From Trichoplax adhaerens (Eukaryota; Animalia; Placozoa): a stretch of DNA of 15,778 bases. Below the pieces are notes generated by a model. That model was not told where the DNA came from, made no database searches, and worked only from the letters and a program-made list of their open reading frames with translations. The position numbers were made by a program, and so were the translations under genes. Position 1 is the first letter of the stretch; the number at the start of each line of letters is the position of its first letter. The DNA lies in contig NW_002061030.1 of assembly GCF_000150275.1 (NCBI RefSeq), positions 4,171-19,948 of the forward strand, given 5' to 3'. Of the stretch, positions 1-8,549 are shown piece after piece.

Positions 1-2875
1 TAATTATCTTGGCCGCCATTACTATAATAAAAATGTTAAAATTTCTTTAGTTAGTAGATTTAGTAGCTTTATTAGATTTCATTCGTTTTGTACCCAATTT
101 GTATTAGTATTCCAATTTCCACTATAGGGATTGATAAATGATGCAAGTTATCTTTATTTTAACGTAATACAACTGATAAATAATTAAAGAAAAAGTTTTT
201 TTTTATAATATTCTATTATTTATACCGTATTTTAGCCTATATACTATTTTACCAAATCTGATAAACATAGCAAACAAACGATAGAAAAAACTGATATTAC
301 CTACTTGCATCGAAATTACTGTCAATTAGTGAAATTGTTTTCAAATGTCATTAACATAAATGTGTTGCATACCGTACTTCGATTGAAAAATGTAGTAAAT
401 CTAGCAGCACTAACAAATATGCACAATTATAAATTATACCAATTATATAATTGTTGATTCTGCTAAATAGCTGATGCAGTCGAGTTAATAATTTTCTACA
501 ACAGTGAGCACATAACGCATGCATTAAGTTAAACTAGACAAAAGTTTTGCTAAATATCTATTTTCAATCAATAAAATGTACGATACCTTATGATCTAGGG
601 CATCAAGTTTTAAATATCAAGAAAATCGTACATAATTTTATGCTTTTAAATTAGAGCGTAAAAAAAGAGTCAGAAAGTTCACGAGACTAACTGATAGCGT
701 GAAAATGAGACATAGAAGAATTATTTAACGGTACTATATATATAATGTCAGTGCTAATAATGGTAGCAGAAAAAGTCGGCTTATCGTGAGTTAATATTGC
801 TATTCACTAAGTAAATTATCGTTTGTAAAGACTATAGCTACAATATATAATTAGACGGAATTAGATTTATGGACAATGCAATTAATGCAATTGTCGATAT
901 AAAATAGTGTGTGTGCTCAGTTAAAGTAGTTGGTACTCTACTGATATACTCTGAGACTTGCAGACCTTGCCTGATCTTACGTACCTAACTGTGCGTTGCT
1001 ATTAGTAAATTATGCGATGTATTCCCAGTAGATGACCGACTGGACCCGATTCTATTCTCACTATTCTTACTTTTGTTACCTAATGCAGTTTCTTATTGAA
1101 CGCGATCGTTGTTGAATCTAACATAACCACTAAATCTACGAACCGAAAAACTTTAAGGGCTTGTCCCGGTAATACTAATGTAGAATGATTAAATAAGATA
1201 AATACTATAACTCTGTAAGTAAAAGTTTCTTCAGAATGATTCTGTAGAAGAATTTTACTCGTAATACGCCCGTGAAAGTATAATGATAAAATTATCAGCG
1301 ATACAGAAATATCAAAGTTATATCTAGAATTCCATGGAAAGCATTCTATCATACGCACAGTAACTGCTCGGAGGCCCCAATTATAAATATAATGTATTCA
1401 ACGATTATTCTAGAGTTTTCTCTTATAAGTAAAACGAGATTTTTTTAATAGGACTGAAACAATAAGGACAGCAAAAGAAGAAAAAATGAATGAATAAACG
1501 ATAGTGAATTTACGACAACTACCGGTATGACTAGATGGTACAATTATTAGCGTTTTGAATAGGTTGCATATATGTGTTTAAACGTGACAATAATTGGCAT
1601 ACTTCTGATTTATATTTTTATTTGGCAATCTCATTTGTTTAGCTATCAATTGTCACTAATGAATTATGTAGTGTATTCCCGGTGGAAATCTATTCTAGGT
1701 TATGCTATCGTCGGCTTATTATTTTTTCATTACCTGATATGGTTACTTATTAGGAATAGTAAAATTAAAATATTAATTCATTGGACAGGGCCTTGTAAAC
1801 ATCTACATCATTAGAAGAAGTGAATTGAAATACACTTGATGCATTACTGTTTATTGTAGTATGCGAGTATATGGATTTATATTTGAAGTTTAGCTTACTG
1901 CCATTGTGCAATAATGTTGAGAAGAAACCAATAGCTTTTATGAGAATTTTCTAATATTTTTACCGTATCTGTATAGCACTTATTAACCCTTACAGTAAAA
2001 CTTGGAATACTTTTAAAAATTGGATACAAAACAAATTAATCCAATTAAGCAACGAAACCTACTAACTGAAAAAATTTTTTAATTTAGAAAACTTTATTAC
2101 AGTAATGGCGACGCAGACGACTAACGGCATGATCACTATATCACCTTAAAGAAAATAAATTCTGAATGAATAAATATAGCATTATTACGGATTGCTATCG
2201 CCTTCTATTACCTTATTACATGATTCTATGTAATCTGATCTGTTGGTATACGTTACTAGTTCTGTTATATATCAGATCAATATACGCCTGGGTAGACAAG
2301 ACTTTGGGAGAACTAATAAGATAGATATTGATGTGGAAGCATAGCTGCTAGTCTCATTCCAGTTATCTGAGAGTTTTAAGTCATTTATACGCTATCAATC
2401 TATTATACGTATATAGAACAATTTTATTCGCATTATATACAAAAGTTCATCGTGTACGCTACATAACAGTACTCTCTTGACAACAGCTAGAGTACAGTGT
2501 TGCATCTGCTTAAAGTTGCTAGTTCCAACTACTACTTTCGTCTTGGCCGAGCGTTACCCTTCAAGATTACTATCATGAAGACAAACGTCACAACTTTGAG
2601 CTACTTTAACTTTTACTTCAAAGTAATACGTTCTACGCTATTGCTACTCGTATAAACTGTAAAAACGATTTATAACGAAGAATCATTCCTAATTACAAGC
2701 TAATCTCACAAATTTATCAGCCTAGCCTATACAGCATAGACATAAATGTACCACGAAGTTTAATCTACTCTACTATTCACGGCGCTTAATTGCATGGTGA
2801 CAATTGTTGACACTAATTTGCAATTAATCTTAAATGTATAGGCGAGATCATTTAGTTTATTAATTTTAATAGCTA

Positions 2876-3223
2876 GACTCTTTTAATTTTAGAGTTATAG
2901 CTGAACACCCGATTGTTCCATAATTGCATTGTCTAACAATGAATTACGAGATAAGTAACTAAGTTATTGGATCTATTTGAGGAATAAGTTGCAAGTTTAA
3001 AATCACGATCTTTTAATATTAGAGCATGAATACGATTTAAAAACTTAAGCTATTTGAAATATCGCAATATATATTTTACTATTCAATCAAATGTATCAAC
3101 CAATAGTATTACAAAGCTGAGTTATTCCGCTTTGGCTAACTGAAATAATTAGAAAAATATTTTATAAATTTATAGGATATGATTACAATAGAAAAATTTA
3201 AAAGTGATGTAACACGTTTAAAG
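2876..3223 (+). pseudogene. Relic of a further BBOX-like copy: 3' end of exon 3 plus most of intron 3
   Basis: 2876-2919 reads DSFNFRVIAEHPIV (copy B: DSYNFNLMAKHPII), the donor is mutated GT>AT at 2920, and the next ~300 bp align with intron 3. The whole relic aligns to 13682-14027 (shared taattgcattgtctaacaatgaattac, ataagttgcaagtttaaaat, aaaacttaagctatt). Confidence 0.85.
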
Positions 3224-3504
3224 GTGTCACGGTATCATTTACCACACTGAGTTAGATTAATTAATTAACTATTTTTATTTATTAGAAATTGAGACGTTTA
3301 TGTGGTAGTGGATTGTGTTGCGGTGTTTGTTAGTAGGGTAGTAGATCACAGTTGAGAAATCTCCTGTGTGAGATTCAGAGTAAATAACAAATATCTGAGA
3401 AAGCTACTGCTAATAATTATATAATAAAATTTATAAGCAAATGCGTTTGGTAACAAAAGTAAGAATAGCGAGAACAGAGTTCGACTCAGCTGTGTACCGG
3501 TATC

Positions 3505-3819
3505 TATAATAATATCTTCTTTAAGTAGCGTAAAGTATTTTAAGGTAGACGATGATAGAAGGTATAAAGGATTTTATTGAGATACAAGTTACAGGCTAAC
3601 AATGATATGGTTGTTATAGATAAGGTATTGGAGATAGCAGGAACGTAGGAACTGACTAACGAGTTAGCGTACAAGGGTATTTATAGGTTTTAGATGAGAT
3701 TGAGATAATGTCTTTATATGTATAGCATGTCGTCTATATGTCGTCATGATGTCGTACATTATGAATGTACAGTACTTAATGGTATATGATAAGTGTTCGT
3801 ATATTAGGATATTACTACA
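3505..3819 (-). mobile_element. Putative solo LTR of an LTR retrotransposon (315 bp)
   Basis: Absent from the homologous upstream region of copy B. The minus strand starts TGTAGTAATATC and ends GATATTATTATA (12-bp terminal inverted repeat, 2 mismatches), with TATAAATA (3685-3678) followed by AATAAA (3578-3573), and three ATGTCGT repeats (~3727-3755). No target-site duplication seen. Confidence 0.6.
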
Positions 3820-4014
3820 CTAGGCATCTTCTATATTAGATCATAATGTTACATATCCTCATAGGAATACATCATATCCTTTATTGACGGTAAAGCACGG
3901 CTAAGTGTGTAAGGTCAGCTATATATGAATCCATATCCATAGTACGCCAACTACTTTAATTAAGCATACAGAATATATTGTGTGGACAATAGTGTTAATA
4001 AAAATATTGTTTAT

Positions 4015-4076
4015 GAATCACATTGCATCTAATTATGTATTGTAGCTATAGTCTTTACAAACAATAATTTACTTTG
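4015..4076 (+). promoter_or_regulatory. 62-bp non-coding block identical upstream of both intact copies (candidate cis-element or 5' UTR exon)
   Basis: Exact match to 11693-11754 inside otherwise diverged flanks; function inferred. Confidence 0.45.
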
Positions 4077-4288
4077 TAGATAAGCGACATAATTCATTAC
4101 TATCATTACAATCTCACTTTTTCTGTAAATCATTAAAAACACGGTTATCAAGTAAAAGTCGTTCTTCTATTTTTCATTTTTCGCTATCAGTTAGTCTCGT
4201 CAACATTCTAACTCTTTGTTTATTACAAGATTAATAGTAGTATCGAGTACTCGCACTTCGATATCAAAGATTAATGTAAGTAATTATC

Positions 4289-4932
4289 ATGGTCTCTTTC
4301 TCAGTAATTAACAGTCTGCTGTCTCGACGTGCGGTTAAATATTCCTCTTCGATCGTACTTCGACGCCCATATTGGTTATCGTCTAAATTGTATTATTCTA
4401 TACAAGTCGAAAATCGAGTTCAAGATAAGCTAGTATCTGTAAAGTGGGATGATGGTAAAATTACAGATTATCCTCATGTTTATCTTCGCGATAATTGTCG
4501 ATGTCCGTCTTGTTTCGATCCTCAAGCGCAACAACGTATCATCTCGAATCCTATCTATCATAACTATACTGATGCAATAGTAAAGACAGCTTGTATGAAC
4601 GAGAATAAGGATAAATTACATCTAGAATGGATAAACGACGGCGAGCATACGTCTAGTGTGTTTGAATTAGATTGGTTAAAAGCTCATCGATTTACTGGAG
4701 ATGACAAAAAGGATGTACATCCAATTAAAAGACAGTTATGGGGTAGCGAAATACAAAACGACATACTGCAATTTCATTTTGATCGGATTTTAAACGATAA
4801 ATCAGAACTATATCGATGGCTACGATGTGTAATGGAAAGGGGTATTGCGTTAATAGTCGGCTTACCTAAAAGAGCCGGTCAAGTAGAGAAAGTTGCAGCA
4901 AAAATAGGTCATCTTCGCGAGACGATTTATGG
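4289..4932 (+). CDS. BBOX-like copy A, coding exon 1 (putative presequence, Zn domain, linker)
   Basis: ORF from ATG 4289; ends TAT GG|GTAAGA (donor 4933). Confidence 0.92.
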
Positions 4933-6989
4933 GTAAGAATAAATAAATCAGCGTTATCAATATACAGTGGTATAAAATGGCCGAGAGAAGATTCCGTACA
5001 CTTCTATACGCTGTATTATTATAAAATTTATGTTTACTGTGTTACAGATAGCATGCTATTTTTCATTTTAATGCTCAGCATATGTTCGTAGTTCATAATA
5101 TAGTCATCTGTATATGCGCATTATATAGCACTTGATCAATTAATAAACCGTATCATTCTGATCTTTAGACCTACTTTCCATAGCCAAAGTAAAGGTGATC
5201 ATGTAACAACTGTTGCCTACAAGAGCGGCGGTCTGGCATTGCATACTGATTTCCCCTATTACAACAACATTCCTGGGGTAATTATAAATTATGAAAAATT
5301 CTTACCTTGTATCTGCCTTGATAATTGAAATACAGATACGGATGGTAATTTCTTTACATTCCATATCGATACTAGTAGATTACTCGTTTAAATGAACGGA
5401 AACATACGTATATCTGTACAAAGTCATACATAAGAAGAAAATTCATAGCTGGATTTTCTTACTATATATGCTTCCAAGATAGAGCTATTTTTAAATTAAT
5501 AACTACAGTATATCTGCCAGAGACAGATTTTAGCGTGATTTAAAAAAGCGCTAAAACAGAGAGTATGCGAAAATCTGGATGTAATTGTGCTTAATAAATC
5601 AAATATTCTTGAGAATTATTTTATAGTATTTACATATAGTAACGTAGCTTAAGCGATATCGTATTTCTCGCTAGTTTTACAGACGATAGAGATTTAGCGT
5701 ATTAGTAGCTACAACGCTCTATGAGTAAGACATATTTGCTATCTGTAGTAGTTAAAATACAACTTTAAGAACTGCTACTTTAAAGTTAATATTTCAGCTA
5801 TTGTCCACGTTACGGTACTGTTAATTAACTTACATTAACGAGAATATTTCGCTGCCTATGCTAGAAAAAAATGTATTCATATTCGCATACAGCGTATTAC
5901 TTTGTGCCCTTGTAGCTTTGATCGAATATCGAATTCTATGTATAAGGCAATGTCATAAAGACTAATATTTTATTTATACTTGCAAGATAAAATCATGTGG
6001 TTACTATTTTAGAATTGAATTACTACGTGACTGTACTCATAATTAATGAAAAGAGTTAAAATCAGTTTTGTAACTTCTGAATCGACGCCTAACTTAGTTA
6101 TAGATTATCTGAAGATAATTGATTAATTTACTTATATCTCACTGGCATTAACTAACTTTTTATTGATTGTATGAATTAGATATTCATGCTGCATTGTGTA
6201 ACAGCAGCTAAGCAAGGAGGCGACAGCCAATTTACGGACGGATTTAAAGCTGCTGAGCAATTGAGGGCCAGTCATCCTCAATATTTTAAAATATTAGCGG
6301 AAACTCCTGTTGAGCACGAAGATACTGGCACTGACTCTTATGAATTCAGTCTTACGGCTGAACATCCAATTATTCGGTAATTGCAATATGTAACAATAAA
6401 CTACGATATAAGTAGCTATGGTAGTTATCGAATCTATTTGATAAATAACTTACAAGTTTAAAATTAAGATCTTTTAGTAACGGTTTAAAAACTGAAGCTA
6501 TTTGATATATCACAAAGTATATTTCACTCTTAAATCAGATTTATTCAGCTAATAGTATTACAAAGCTGATTTATTCTACTTCGGTTCTCTAAAACAATCA
6601 ATAATACTTCACAACAGTAACCTTATTAACTTATGTAAACATATAGATTAAATGAAAATGGAGATCTTAAACAAATTTACTATGGCGATCATACACGAAC
6701 TTCAAGAATAGATGTGCCTCATTATAAATTGACAGACTTTTATAATGCTATGACGCAATTTTTAAGATATGCTTACAGTCCGGCTAATATTATACAATTT
6801 AAGCTGCAACCTGGAACCTTGATTTCTGTCGATAATTTTCGTGTTTTGCATGGTAGAACGGCTTTTGACGTGTCTCCAGATAATTTTAGACATGTTGAAG
6901 GTGGACACGTTGATTGGGATGGAGCAACATCTTGTATGAGAGTACTAGAGAAAGAACTTAACATAGATTATAGAACTCCTAACATTTAG
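4289..6989 (+). CDS. BBOX1: Gamma-butyrobetaine dioxygenase-like Fe(II)/2OG dioxygenase, copy A; join(4289..4932,5169..5277,6180..6376,6647..6989), 430 aa
   Basis: Four exons splice in frame through GT-AG introns (phases 2,0,2; 644+109+197+343=1293 nt including stop). N-terminal GBBH Zn domain YPHVYLRDNCRCPSC...H, Fe motif HTD (5242-5250), GGDS, DNFRVLHGR and RHVEGGHVDWD match the BBOX/TauD-like family. The symbol denotes family membership; strict orthology is not established. Confidence 0.93.
5169..5277 (+). CDS. BBOX-like copy A, coding exon 2 (PTFHSQSKGDHVTTVAYKSGGLALHTDFPYYNNIPG; HxD motif)
   Basis: Not in the ORF track. Acceptor tctttAG at 5167-5168, donor GGG|GTAATT at 5278; in frame with exons 1 and 3; same length as copy B exon 2. 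Confidence 0.92.
6180..6376 (+). CDS. BBOX-like copy A, coding exon 3 (IFMLHC...HPIIR)
   Basis: Acceptor aattAG 6178-6179 with an ACTAAC branch-like motif near 6151; donor CG|GTAATT at 6377. Confidence 0.92.
6647..6989 (+). CDS. BBOX-like copy A, coding exon 4 (distal His, 2OG-binding arginines, stop)
   Basis: Acceptor atatAG 6645-6646; frame continues LNENGDLKQIYYGDHTR...DNFRVLHGR...RTPNI then TAG. Confidence 0.92.
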
Positions 6990-8549
6990 TTTATTACTTT
7001 TAATGGCTAAAATAGTGTGTTGCTTGGGAAACAATAACTCTATATGGATTTTAACAATTAACTATCATTAAATTCTAACATGTGCATACCGAAGGTTGGA
7101 AGTTCTGGTACACTTTTATTATATCTATGACATTATTTATATCCATAGACTTTATTTGGTAAATACTGCGTGTGTTAAGAATTTGATGCAGAGATTTATT
7201 AACCTTTAATGTAGAGCTTAGAATATTATTAAAAATTGTGTGTAAAATGTATTATCTTATTAAGTAATTCAGCCTTCTAAGTGAAGAAGTTTTAAAACTT
7301 TAAAACTTTGCAATAGTTATATAGGAAATAAATTCAAAATGAATGTAATCTTGTAACGAATCACAAGCACCCTCTATTACCATGCCGTATGATTATATCT
7401 ATCTATGATCAGTTGCTATACACCGCTAGTTCTTTTACATATCATTATTTAGAAAAAGTCACTTCGTAAAAAGCATTTAGTGTAAGTAACTGTGATTACT
7501 TTTGCTATAACTTGTTTACGTATAAATTGGAATTAGCCATCGGATCATTGACCATGATAACTTTTGTATAATCTAAACACTACATTTATGTTTCAAGTCA
7601 GTAACATGGCTTACTTGGGTAAAAGTTTTATCATGCCATGCCGATATTGTTCATCAAATTATTGTTCTAATCTGGACTACTCTTCAACAATTTCACAATT
7701 GTTACATTATACATGGCAATGTAGAAGAAACATTGGAAGATCACTATTTCTCAGTGACTATTAAATGTCATATTAAATCACCATTACAAGTCATCCATTA
7801 ATTCCAAATAATGATACCCATCTGTCTATTACATGAAATACCAATAGTAAAATTAAGAATACTGTACACCTTTATTCGACAATATCTTATTTAAAACAAG
7901 TTTATAATTTAGTTTCATTCTGTGCTCAATTAACCTTATATATCTAATTTAAACCGTGAACATGCATCCCAATTAGCACTGACGCCAAAATTACATTTAG
8001 TGCCAATTGAATTTGTCATCAGCTATTGAATTTTAATAAAGAAGTGCTGCTTGCTTTCTACGCTGAGTTACTGACTATCTCAATTAGCAAGAAAGGTATT
8101 AATTATAGATAAGTTATCTATACTGTGCACATTTATCCTATAATATGTCCGGTGATGTAATTTTGAATTATTATTTAATTAATGCTTTGTTAAAATAAAA
8201 TCGTAATAAATTGTTTTCATTTCGCTAATCTAAAGCTGTTTTGTAATTGGATAGAATTCAATGTCAGCACAAGCGATGGATAGATGAGCTTTTAGCTGAT
8301 TTAATTGAAAATTATGTTATCTTAGTTATAAATTTTGTAGGTGGCTGTATATTTAAAAACGCTTGCAACATAATTCATATTAATTCTGAGTTTTCTGACA
8401 CTATTACAAGCAAAGCGAATGCTATAACATCTTTTAATGTTTTTATTTCAAATTTTCGAATAAAATTTTCCAACTTTTCGTTCGTCGTAAGACTGATAAG
8501 ATAATCAGAACAAAATATAATATCCGTAATTTGATATTATCTTAAAAAT

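Larger units (their letters stand above)
3410..4288 (+). repeat. Upstream region duplicated with the gene; homologous to ~11450-11956, interrupted by the LTR-like insertion
   Basis: Shared taacaaaagtaagaata(g/c)cgagaacagag, cgactcag, taggaataca, cggctaagtgtgta, the 62-bp identical block and the near-identical pre-ATG tract. Confidence 0.85.

Noticed and set aside
1080-1814. ORFs 1080-1358 (-) and 1572-1814 (+), hydrophobic
   Set aside because: I/L/F/Y-rich translations are expected from AT-rich non-coding DNA; no motif or convincing splice partner.
4931-4936. In-frame TAA ending the 215-aa ORFs, suggesting a truncated Zn-domain-only protein
   Set aside because: The TAA is part of the GTAAG donor of a phase-2 intron; splicing restores the full frame.
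6773-6964. Minus-strand ORF conserved with 14200-14391
   Set aside because: It is the antisense shadow of the near-identical exon 4; no independent evidence.
7560-7830. Minus-strand GMIKLLPK resembling a non-LTR reverse transcriptase motif, plus ORF 7564-7764
   Set aside because: No following RPISL-type motif, and stops on both sides; probably chance. A BLASTx against RT profiles would settle it.
7970-8009. Imperfect inverted repeat caattagcact...agtgccaattg
   Set aside because: A single short stem with no recognisable RNA family or repeat context.
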